Positions 53,547-61,794 of a stretch of 62,932 nucleotides of DNA are shown here, in pieces; positions within the stretch are counted from its first letter, which is position 1; every line of letters begins with the position of its first letter. Source of the DNA: an uncultured Gammaproteobacteria bacterium (GTDB lineage Bacteria; Patescibacteriota; Microgenomatia; UBA12405). Both the position numbers and the translations under genes were made by a program. The stretch is taken from assembly GCA_964503465.1 (NCBI GenBank), contig CAZCYZ010000003.1:1-62932 (forward strand), in the 5' to 3' direction. The notes under the pieces were generated by a model, which was given only the letters and a program-made list of their open reading frames with translations, had not been told where the DNA came from and made no database searches.

Positions 53547-54347
53547 TACCCGCCAAACAAACTCCGGCAGCACCAATTGTCGTCGCCAACGTTTTGGTTC
53601 TTTTGCCAGGCTAAAAAGCCATTCCAACCCCATCCGCCTCACCCACTCTGGTGCCCGTGGTAGATCCCCACTGTAATAATCAAAAGAACGTCCCACCCCC
53701 ATCGCCACTCTTACTCCTGCCTCACCCAATGAAGCCAAATTGGCCTTAATCCACCTCTCCTGCCTCTCCATTCCGTAAGCCACCAGCAATATTCTCACCT
53801 TGTTTTTCTTTAAGATTCCCATTATCTTCACCGTCTGGCCATCACATTCACTTCCCATTGCTACCCCGCTAAACCCCTTATATCTTTTTTCAAAATACTT
53901 CTTGGTCCTCTTGGCCCTATCCCCCCACCCACCCAAAAAACCCACCCGATACCCCAACCCACACATTCCATCCATCAGCTCAACTCCCGGGACCAAATCC
54001 TCGCGATACCTCCCTCGCAACACTCCTACCCCCACCCAAAACCCGGACCACAACCGTTGCCAAAAATTACCCCCTCTCACCCTCTTGGCCCATACTAGGC
54101 CCACTCCATCTATTACGTTTATATTTGCCTCTTTCAAAATCTTCATATATGTCCCATCTTTCAAAGCTTTCATTATATGTTCCGGATTGACCGTCACTAC
54201 CATTTTTGTCTCCTTTTCCTCCCCATTTTCAAGCCACTCTAATATTATATTTAGCACTCCACTGGTATCTCTGCCAAAAACAGGCAAACTAAATATTTTG
54301 CCATTACTTTCACATAAACTTGATAGTCTTCTCTTCAGTGTCCTCAT
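53535..54347 (-). CDS. tagA: WecB/TagA/CpsF family (GT26) glycosyltransferase
   Basis: VVTVNPEHIMKA, NINVIDGVGLVWA and ILLVAYGMERQERW motifs typical of GT26. Confidence 0.8.
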   Translation of the reverse strand: MRTLKRRLSSLCESNGKIFSLPVFGRDTSGVLNIILEWLENGEEKETKMVVTVNPEHIMKALKDGTYMKILKEANINVIDGVGLVWAKRVRGGNFWQRLWSGFWVGVGVLRGRYREDLVPGVELMDGMCGLGYRVGFLGGWGDRAKRTKKYFEKRYKGFSGVAMGSECDGQTVKIMGILKKNKVRILLVAYGMERQERWIKANLASLGEAGVRVAMGVGRSFDYYSGDLPRAPEWVRRMGLEWLFSLAKEPKRWRRQLVLPEFVWRVLTK

Positions 54348-54679
54348 TTTTTACCTGCTCAAATTGTATCATTTGCCGGGTTCGTTACCCCTTTCATTAT
54401 CCTCTAATAATCTATGTAATGACGTACTAGTCTTAGTATATCAATAATCCTATACATATAATTTATGGTAATGATATCTCCTCTTTTGCCCCACTCACAA
54501 ACATTCTTTATTGAACAAAATAATTAATCAATAAATAATGTGGTACATTACGCCTAAAATATGCCTTTAGTCTCCCAATTATCTGATTTTCATTAACACG
54601 CTTATGTAACGTTATCATTTAGTTATAAAATCTCCTATATTGCAACTAAATACTGATATTATAAGATTTCTAATTTTTA

Positions 54680-55684
54680 TCACTTTACCGCCCGCTGATA
54701 AACCTCCAAATTCTCAATCGCCGTCCCCGCTCCCCTAATTACACATTGTTGTGGCTCCAATGCCAAGTGCACTGCCACCCCGATCTCTCGAGTCATCAAA
54801 GTGCTAAGATTTCGCAACACCCCTCCTCCTCCCGACAGAATAATCCCCCGGTCAACAATATCGGCCACCAACTCTGGTGGAGTTACTTCCAAAGTGTCTC
54901 GAATCATCATCAAAATCAAATCTAAAGTTGGCCGAATAGCTTCATAAACATCATCCGATGTTACCTCCACAATCTTAGGTAAACCTGACACCGAATCTCG
55001 ACCACTTATTTCCATTGTTTCCGCTCTTTTGAGCTTTACCGCACTTCCAAGTTTAATCTTTAACTCCTCCGCCGCCAAAGCCCCGATAATCAAATTATTC
55101 TTTTTTCTCAAATATTCAGCCACCGCCTTATCAAGCTTTCCTCCTCCAACTCTGACACCCTTAGCCACCACTACCCCCCCTAGACTTATTACTGCCGCCT
55201 CGGCCACTCCTCCACCAATATCCACAATCATGTTACCCATCGCTTCTGCCACCGGTACCTTGGCTCCAATTGCCGCCGCCAACGGCTTGTCTATAAGATA
55301 GGCTTTTCTCGCTCCGGCCGCCAACACTGCATCTATCACCGCCCTTTGTTCCACTTGGCTTACTCCGGCTGGCACCGACATCATCACCTCCGGCCCCCAA
55401 AGCCAAACCGGCCCCATCACTAACTTCAAAAAATGTCTTAATATTGCCTCTGTTACCGAATAATCCGATATTACCCCATCCTCCATCGGCAACACTACTT
55501 CCAAGTACTCCGGAGTCTTCCCCAGCATTTCCCTCGCCTCGCTTCCCACTGCCAGCACTTTTCTATCCTCCATTGTCACTGCCACCATTGTTGGCTCATT
55601 TAGTACCACCCCCTTATCAGCCTCCCAAATCAAGGTATTGGTTGTCCCCAGATCGATTGCTAACTTTTTAAATAATTTTCTCAC
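54680..55684 (-). CDS. mreB: rod shape-determining protein MreB
   Basis: LAIDLGTTNTLIW phosphate-1 motif, DIGGGVAE and ILSGGGG. 334 aa. Confidence 0.95.
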   Translation of the reverse strand: MRKLFKKLAIDLGTTNTLIWEADKGVVLNEPTMVAVTMEDRKVLAVGSEAREMLGKTPEYLEVVLPMEDGVISDYSVTEAILRHFLKLVMGPVWLWGPEVMMSVPAGVSQVEQRAVIDAVLAAGARKAYLIDKPLAAAIGAKVPVAEAMGNMIVDIGGGVAEAAVISLGGVVVAKGVRVGGGKLDKAVAEYLRKKNNLIIGALAAEELKIKLGSAVKLKRAETMEISGRDSVSGLPKIVEVTSDDVYEAIRPTLDLILMMIRDTLEVTPPELVADIVDRGIILSGGGGVLRNLSTLMTREIGVAVHLALEPQQCVIRGAGTAIENLEVYQRAVK

Positions 55685-55727
55685 TTCACCATTCTACCAA
55701 TTCCCCCAATCAGCTATAATACCCCTA

Positions 55728-56936
55728 ATGCCAAAAGCCAAGAACCAACGTAGCTTATTGACAATGCTTTCCGTCTTCCTCTTTGTTATCATTTCCACCA
55801 TCATTGTTTCCGCCATTGCTCGAGGCTACCAAATCAGTTTCCGTTCCGGCAATTTCCCTACTCTCAAAGCTACTGGCCTTCTTTCTGCCAGTTCTCGACC
55901 TAAAGGGGCTAGTGTTTTTCTTAACGACCGCTTAGTCACCGCCACCGACGATACTCTCAACCTTCCCCCAGGTGATTACAACCTCAAAATCACCAAAGAC
56001 GGCTTCCTCCCCTGGATCAAAAACATTCATATCCAAAAGGAGGTTGTTTTTCAAGCTGAAGCCCAACTCTTCCGTTCCGCTCCCGATCTCAAACCAATCA
56101 CCGTCTCCGGCGCTATTCACCCAACCATTAGTCCAGACTACTCAAAAATAGTTTTTTCCGTCGCTTCCGCTTCCGCCACCAAAGATAACGGTCTTTACTT
56201 GGTCGAATTAAGTTCATCCCCCCTACCCCTAACTCGCAATTCGCCTCGTCAAATTGCCACCAATCTCCCCAATATTGATTGGTCCAAGGCCACCTTTACC
56301 TTCTCTCCCAATTCACAACAAATTCTGGCCACCTTTCCATCAGGCAATCACTATCTACTTAATCTTAACCAAACTATCACCTACCAGCAACTTTACGACG
56401 TCACCCCCAGCCTTCCCATCATTGCCAAAGAATGGCAAGAGCTCGAACAGTCCATCATTGCTACCAAGCTCGATCGGATTCCTCCCAGCCTTACTAGCCT
56501 CATTTCTACCGGTTCTGCCAAAAACATCGCCTATTCATCCACCGAAGACAAACTTTTATACCTAGCCAAAGGTGATGGCACCCTCCCCCAACATTTAATT
56601 ACCCCCCCTCCAAGCCAAAACAACCAGCCCCAGGCTCGTTCTATCCAAAAAGACAACTTCTATGTTTACGATCTCAAGGATGACACCAATTATCTTCTTG
56701 GACCTCTATCGGCCATTCAAAATCCCGCCTGGCTTCCAAATTCCAACAATCTCATTTTCGTTCAAGGTGATTCCATCAAAACCATTGAATACGACAGCAC
56801 CAATCAACAAACTATTTTCGCTGGTAAATTCGACACATCCGTTGTTTACCCTTGGTCAGACGGCAGTCGTATTATCACCCTTACCTCACCCTACACCGGA
56901 GCCACTCAAAATCTCTACACCGTTACTATTCGCTAG
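55728..56936 (+). CDS. membrane-anchored PEGA-domain protein with TolB-like beta-propeller region
   Basis: Start at the internal MPKAKNQRSLLTMLSVFLFVIIS signal-anchor (the ORF extends to 55638 and would overlap mreB). PEGA motif GASVFLNDRLV...PPGDYNLKITKDGF. Confidence 0.65.
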   Translation: MPKAKNQRSLLTMLSVFLFVIISTIIVSAIARGYQISFRSGNFPTLKATGLLSASSRPKGASVFLNDRLVTATDDTLNLPPGDYNLKITKDGFLPWIKNIHIQKEVVFQAEAQLFRSAPDLKPITVSGAIHPTISPDYSKIVFSVASASATKDNGLYLVELSSSPLPLTRNSPRQIATNLPNIDWSKATFTFSPNSQQILATFPSGNHYLLNLNQTITYQQLYDVTPSLPIIAKEWQELEQSIIATKLDRIPPSLTSLISTGSAKNIAYSSTEDKLLYLAKGDGTLPQHLITPPPSQNNQPQARSIQKDNFYVYDLKDDTNYLLGPLSAIQNPAWLPNSNNLIFVQGDSIKTIEYDSTNQQTIFAGKFDTSVVYPWSDGSRIITLTSPYTGATQNLYTVTIR

Positions 56937-56937
56937 G

Positions 56938-57267
56938 TTATTCGCAAACCTTAGCCTCAAGTTTAGCCACCTCAAAGCTCAACCCATCAAGCTCTTCCCG
57001 AGTCATCACTGCCGCATCCAACCCCTCAGTCATCTCCGAAATTTCTTCATCCGCCATTTCTCTCGTCCAGCAACCCTCACTTTCAATCTCATCATACGGA
57101 GCCTCAAGAGCTTTTTCCTCTATCTCTACTTGTTCGCCTAATACTTGAGTTTCTCCTACCACCGCCGAGTTTTGACCAACCTCGATAAAACGTAGAGGTA
57201 TTAAAACCATAATCGCAATCACAAACGAAACCAACAAGGTTCTCGTATTTCTATCATTATCTGTCAT
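56938..57267 (-). CDS. hypothetical membrane-anchored acidic protein
   Basis: 109 aa with one TM helix (LLVSFVIAIMVLIPL) and a Glu-rich tail. Confidence 0.45.
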   Translation of the reverse strand: MTDNDRNTRTLLVSFVIAIMVLIPLRFIEVGQNSAVVGETQVLGEQVEIEEKALEAPYDEIESEGCWTREMADEEISEMTEGLDAAVMTREELDGLSFEVAKLEAKVCE

Positions 57268-57704
57268 ATTTTCAGTCTAAAGCAATTTTATTTTTAGTCA
57301 AGTGGATCATCTTTTTTTATCCTATATCATGGGCATTACTATCATTTTGTATCTATAGATATCTCTATATATCAAAAAACTTTTTTTCTTTTTTCTCCGA
57401 CCATTATTTTTTCATTTTTCCAATTAGGCCGGCCCAAACTTTAGGTAAATTTCCCTAGCAATTATCACCATTATTTGCTAATTAACCCTAATAATTATTC
57501 TTGTTTAACTATCAATCTATCACTTTAAGTTTCTTTCCACCTCAATCTGTCACCATTTTTCCCTACCCTATAGTTTGCTGATTCCATAGTTTTTCTGCCT
57601 ATACTATATAATAAAGCTGTCTTTCCTCAGGGATTGGCGCAATTGGCTAGCGTCCCGCCACTGCGGGATGAGGCTAAATTGTCATAATCCTCTCATTAAC
57701 AATC

Positions 57705-57777
57705 CGGGGACTGGCTCAACTGGTAGAGCGCTACTTTCGGGTAGTAGAGGTTGGGGGTTCGAGTCCCCCGTCCCCGA
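57705..57777 (+). tRNA. tRNA-Pro (anticodon CGG)
   Basis: Hand-folded cloverleaf: acceptor CGGGGAC/GTCCCCG, D arm GCTC-AACTGGTA-GAGC, anticodon arm CTACT-TTCGGGT-AGTAG, T arm GGGGG-TTCGAGT-CCCCC, discriminator A. No encoded CCA. Confidence 0.9.
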
Positions 57778-57832
57778 CATTACATTAATCTCTAGTTTAA
57801 AAATTCTAAATTAGAAATTAAAAATTAGTTAG

Positions 57833-57904
57833 GTCCTCATAGTTCAACGGATAGAACGGGTGCCTCCTAAGCGCCAGATCCAGGTCCAATTCCTGGTGGG
57901 GACA
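57833..57904 (+). tRNA. tRNA-Arg (anticodon CCT)
   Basis: Acceptor GTCCTCA/TGGGGAC (one G-U pair), D arm GTTC-AACGGATA-GAAC, anticodon arm GGTGC-CTCCTAA-GCGCC, T arm CCAGG-TCCAATT-CCTGG. The T-loop is atypical (C at position 55). Confidence 0.75.
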
Positions 57905-58343
57905 CATTCTCAACAGAATTATGTCCTTATAACTCTTTTTCTCCGCATATTTTGATCTTAATATTTTATTTTTAACCGCATTTCATTGCACTATCTCCGC
58001 ATTAAATTCATCAGCCTTAGTCCCCTTTATTTACCGCACTTCTTATCTTTTATCGTAAAAACAAATAAGAACACACTATAATAATTTATATTTAATTCCC
58101 CGTAAAAACTCCACTTATAGGTCTATTATTTCCATTTCGACCCTATCCCTTACGTTAAATTCCTCTTAACTCCAATTCATTTACTACTTTATATATCAAT
58201 CGATTACAGCCAGTTTTGACTCCAGAATCACCTCAACAATCACTTTTCCACTCTTATCATTACCCGACAGTTTTAACACTTCAACCGCAACCTTCCCTTC
58301 TAATTAACCTCAATCAAACCTTAGCACCAAAACCTAACAATTG

Positions 58344-60773
58344 CTATTTAACCACGAAATTAACCATCTTGCCTGGCACATAAATCTCCTTGATCACTTC
58401 TTTACCCTCTAGCCACTTCTTTACCTTCTCTAAGCTCTTCGCTAGTTTTAGCACCTCATTCTTAACCGATAACTGTTCACTGATAACTGACAACTGATCT
58501 CTAACTTTCCCATTCACCGCCACTGGTATTACCACTTCCTCTTCCACTAGATATTTCGGATCCGCTACCGGCCAACTGGCCGCATGAACACTTCCCACCC
58601 CTCCTAACTTACTCCACAATTCCTCCGCCATGTAAGGTGCCACCGGCGCCAACAACTTAACAAACGTTTTAAGTTCATCCACCCCTACTTGTTCTAATTC
58701 GTTTACCGCTTTCATTAACTTAGCTATCACCGTATTAAACCCAAAATTTTCTAAATCCTTAGTTACCCCATCCACTAGCCTCTGAGTTATCAATATAGAT
58801 CTACTACTGCTATCAAATTTAGACTCTAATTGCTTGTTTACTAGCTTTTCAAGCCTATCCAAGAATCTTTTTACCCCCATCAATGTTCTCTCATCCCATA
58901 CCATAGTTGCTTCAAATGGGCCCATAAACATCAAATATATCCTCACCGCATCTACCCCAAATTTTAATACTACTTCGTCCGGAGTAATCACATTCCCCCG
59001 ACTTTTACTCATTCTCTGGCCGTCCGGACCCAATATTACCCCATGTGACAACCTTCGATGATACGGCTCAGGAGTCGGCACCACCCCTAAGTCAAACAAA
59101 AACTGATGTATAAACCTCGAATAAAGCAAGTGGAGAGTATTATGTTCATCTCCCCCTACATAAACGTCTACTGGTAACCACTTTTTTAATAGATCAAAAT
59201 CAGCCAATTTACTACTATTCTTCGGATCAATATATCTTAAATAATACCAATCTGATCCAGCCCAGTTGGGCATCGTGTCGGTCTCCCTTTTTGCTTCCCC
59301 GCCACACGCCGGACACTTAGTTTTCACCCAATCAGTCATTTTTGCCAATGGACTTTCTCCGGTATCAGTTGGTTCGTATGCCTCCACTTCCGGTAATACT
59401 ACTGGTAAGTTCTCCTCCTTCTCCGGCACCCAACCACATTTAGGGCAATCAACCATTGGTATCGGCTCCCCCCAATAATGCTGTCGGCTAAATATCCAAT
59501 CTCGAAGATGATATCTAATCGATCTCTTCCCCCAACCCTGGCTCTCAATATAATCCATAATTTTCCTGGTGGCCTCATGAATATCCAATCCGTCTAAGAA
59601 CCCCGAATTAATCATCGTTCCATCTTCCTCTTGAACTTGTTTCTTGTCCGTAATCTCGCCCCTGTCTCCATCTTTTCCCACTACTACTCTAACAATCTCC
59701 AAACCAAACTGTTTAGCAAACTCAAAATCCCTCACATCATGTCCTGGAACTCCTACCACCGCCCCTGTCCCAACGGTTTTTAAAACAAAATCAGTAATCC
59801 ATATTGGCATCTTTTTACCAGTCAGTTGGTTTATCGCATACAAACCGGTAAACACCCCAGTCTTGTCTCTTCCTAACACTTCCTGCTGTCGCTCCAACTC
59901 CGATTTGTTTCCTGCCCTCGTCGCATACTCTTTAATCTTCTCTACACTCTTACTCGTCTTAATCTTCCCGCTGATTAACTTCAACACCAATTCATGCTCA
60001 GGTGCTATTACTACAAAAGTCGCTCCAAAATTTGTATCTGGTCTAGTTGTTGCTACCGTTACCTTATCATCAATCCCATCGATCTGATAGGTGATATCAA
60101 TCCACTCTTTACGATCAATCCAATTAACTTGTGCCGCTTTGACCTTGTCAATAAAGTCAGTCTCCTTAAGCCCCTCCACCAAACGATCAGCATAGTCGGT
60201 AATCTTTACCACCCACTGCGAAATATTTCGCTTCGACACTTCGGCATGGCATCGTTCACACTTTCCATCCACCACTTCTTCATTAGCCAGTCCAATCTTG
60301 CAACTTGGACACCAGTTAATCGGCATTTCTTGCTTGTACGCCAAACCTTTCTTGAACAATTGAACAAATATCCACTGGGTCCACTTATAATAGTTCGGGT
60401 CAGTTGTGTTAACCTCCCTTTCCCAATCAAAGCTAAAAGCCAATTCCTTCATTTGTTTTCGAAAACAATCTGTGTTTTCTTTCGTCACCATTTGGGGTTT
60501 CTTTTTCATCTTAATGGCATAGTTTTCCGTTGGTAACCCAAAGGCATCCCACCCCATCGGGAACAATACTTCGTAACCTTGCATTCGTTTAAACCTGGCA
60601 TATACGTCTCCTCCGGTAAAGGAAAAGGCATGTCCTATATGCAATCCACTCCCGCTTGGGTATGGAAACTCCACTAAAATATATTTTTTTTCTTTCTCTG
60701 AACCATTATCCGCCCGATACAAACTCTCCGGCCATTTTCCCTGCCACTTTTTTTCAATCTCTTTAAAATCCAT
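58344..60773 (-). CDS. leuS: leucine--tRNA ligase
   Basis: 809 aa. HIGH motif (LHIGHAF), KMSKS motif (RMSKSRGN), and a CP1 editing-domain region. Confidence 0.97.
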   Translation of the reverse strand: MDFKEIEKKWQGKWPESLYRADNGSEKEKKYILVEFPYPSGSGLHIGHAFSFTGGDVYARFKRMQGYEVLFPMGWDAFGLPTENYAIKMKKKPQMVTKENTDCFRKQMKELAFSFDWEREVNTTDPNYYKWTQWIFVQLFKKGLAYKQEMPINWCPSCKIGLANEEVVDGKCERCHAEVSKRNISQWVVKITDYADRLVEGLKETDFIDKVKAAQVNWIDRKEWIDITYQIDGIDDKVTVATTRPDTNFGATFVVIAPEHELVLKLISGKIKTSKSVEKIKEYATRAGNKSELERQQEVLGRDKTGVFTGLYAINQLTGKKMPIWITDFVLKTVGTGAVVGVPGHDVRDFEFAKQFGLEIVRVVVGKDGDRGEITDKKQVQEEDGTMINSGFLDGLDIHEATRKIMDYIESQGWGKRSIRYHLRDWIFSRQHYWGEPIPMVDCPKCGWVPEKEENLPVVLPEVEAYEPTDTGESPLAKMTDWVKTKCPACGGEAKRETDTMPNWAGSDWYYLRYIDPKNSSKLADFDLLKKWLPVDVYVGGDEHNTLHLLYSRFIHQFLFDLGVVPTPEPYHRRLSHGVILGPDGQRMSKSRGNVITPDEVVLKFGVDAVRIYLMFMGPFEATMVWDERTLMGVKRFLDRLEKLVNKQLESKFDSSSRSILITQRLVDGVTKDLENFGFNTVIAKLMKAVNELEQVGVDELKTFVKLLAPVAPYMAEELWSKLGGVGSVHAASWPVADPKYLVEEEVVIPVAVNGKVRDQLSVISEQLSVKNEVLKLAKSLEKVKKWLEGKEVIKEIYVPGKMVNFVVK

Positions 60774-60792
60774 TTATTTTGTATTTTAAACT

Positions 60793-60820
60793 ATCCCGAC
60801 GTCGCTTCGCTTATCGGGAT
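60793..60820 (-). repeat. family-B hairpin repeat in the leuS 5' UTR
   Basis: The minus strand reads ACACA-ATCCCGAT-aagcgaagcgacg-TCGGGAT-AG, ~20 nt before the leuS ATG. Same flanks as the rplJ copy. Confidence 0.7.
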
Positions 60821-60874
60821 TGTGTCTTTAGGCAAATTTTATCACCTTCGGTTCAAAATTAGACCTAAAGAAAC

Positions 60875-60901
60875 TAAAAAAACCTCCCATTTTTGGGAGG
60901 T
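60875..60901 (-). terminator. intrinsic terminator after 60980..61324
   Basis: Minus strand: ACCTCCCA-aaaa-TGGGAGGT followed by a run of ~7 T. Confidence 0.7.
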
Positions 60902-60979
60902 AATTTGTATCCTTGACTACCTCCCTACTAGGCCAAAAGAAGGAGAGTCAAAGATACTTTCATCATTGGCACCATTTTA

Positions 60980-61324
60980 TCATATAGAACTCACAGGACT
61001 CAAAGCACCGTGTTCCATCCACAGTCTGCCTTCTTCTTTTGCGGCCAATTCTCTTTGCTCTAAAGTATCATCAGCCTCAATATTGTCCGTTTCTCGTTGT
61101 TGCATACTCAAAACCGCTTGAGTCGACCTCGAGAAACCAAATCTAGGCAAGGCCCTCTCATTTCTTCTCGAGCCGTCAATTCTTCTATGGCCAATACCCC
61201 GAGTCGCCGGTAACCCGGCTTGATTATTTTTCGGTCTCCCTCTATCAACAAATTTTGGTGCTCCAACAATTACCTCACCATCCACTTTAACAATCCCTCC
61301 CTTCACCCACTCTATCTGCTTCAT
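60980..61324 (-). CDS. hypothetical protein
   Basis: 114-aa ORF directly downstream of the Y1 transposase gene and followed by a terminator. Unrecognised. Confidence 0.45.
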   Translation of the reverse strand: MKQIEWVKGGIVKVDGEVIVGAPKFVDRGRPKNNQAGLPATRGIGHRRIDGSRRNERALPRFGFSRSTQAVLSMQQRETDNIEADDTLEQRELAAKEEGRLWMEHGALSPVSSI

Positions 61325-61331
61325 ACATTAA

Positions 61332-61790
61332 TTATATTCCAACGGTCAAATTAATTTTCCTGGGATTATCCAAAATGTATCTCCTCACTCTCTCCAGATC
61401 CTCTCCGTCTCTAATAATTTGGTCATAATAATTCCTCTGCCATAAACGCCGATGGAATTTGGGCCAATTATTTTCCTTAACGCCACGAATATAGGCACTG
61501 GCCGTCATTGTTTTGAACCACTGAATAATATCTCCCAATCCATGAATATATGTTGTACGGGCAGACCGATGCCTGCCCGCCGTGGTGGGTGTCTGCCCAT
61601 TGTTATCGATTTTTACAATCCCATGTACATGATCCGGCATTATCACATATTCATCCAATTCTATCCTATTAAAATGATTTTTAATTTCATTCCACCAATA
61701 ATCAATCAATTTATCCTGAACATCTATCGTCACAAAATAATAACCAGGACTGGCGTAATCCCAATTCCGGCATCGATTATTTCTTCGCAT
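61332..61790 (-). CDS. IS200/IS605-type Y1 (HUH) transposase-like protein, REP-associated tyrosine transposase (RAYT)-like
   Basis: 152 aa. GYYFVTI N-terminal strand, HUH motif MPDHVHGIV, and catalytic-Tyr region LWQRNYYDQIIRD...YILDNP. No TnpB or flanking IS ends seen. Confidence 0.8.
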   Translation of the reverse strand: MRRNNRCRNWDYASPGYYFVTIDVQDKLIDYWWNEIKNHFNRIELDEYVIMPDHVHGIVKIDNNGQTPTTAGRHRSARTTYIHGLGDIIQWFKTMTASAYIRGVKENNWPKFHRRLWQRNYYDQIIRDGEDLERVRRYILDNPRKINLTVGI

Positions 61791-61794
61791 GTTA

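Noticed and set aside
57268-58343. AT-rich ~1-kb non-coding region considered as a replication origin.
   Set aside because: The C>G strand bias does not change sign across it. Only isolated, imperfect DnaA-box-like strings were seen (TTATCCTAT, TTATCACCA). No dnaA or dnaN gene is nearby.
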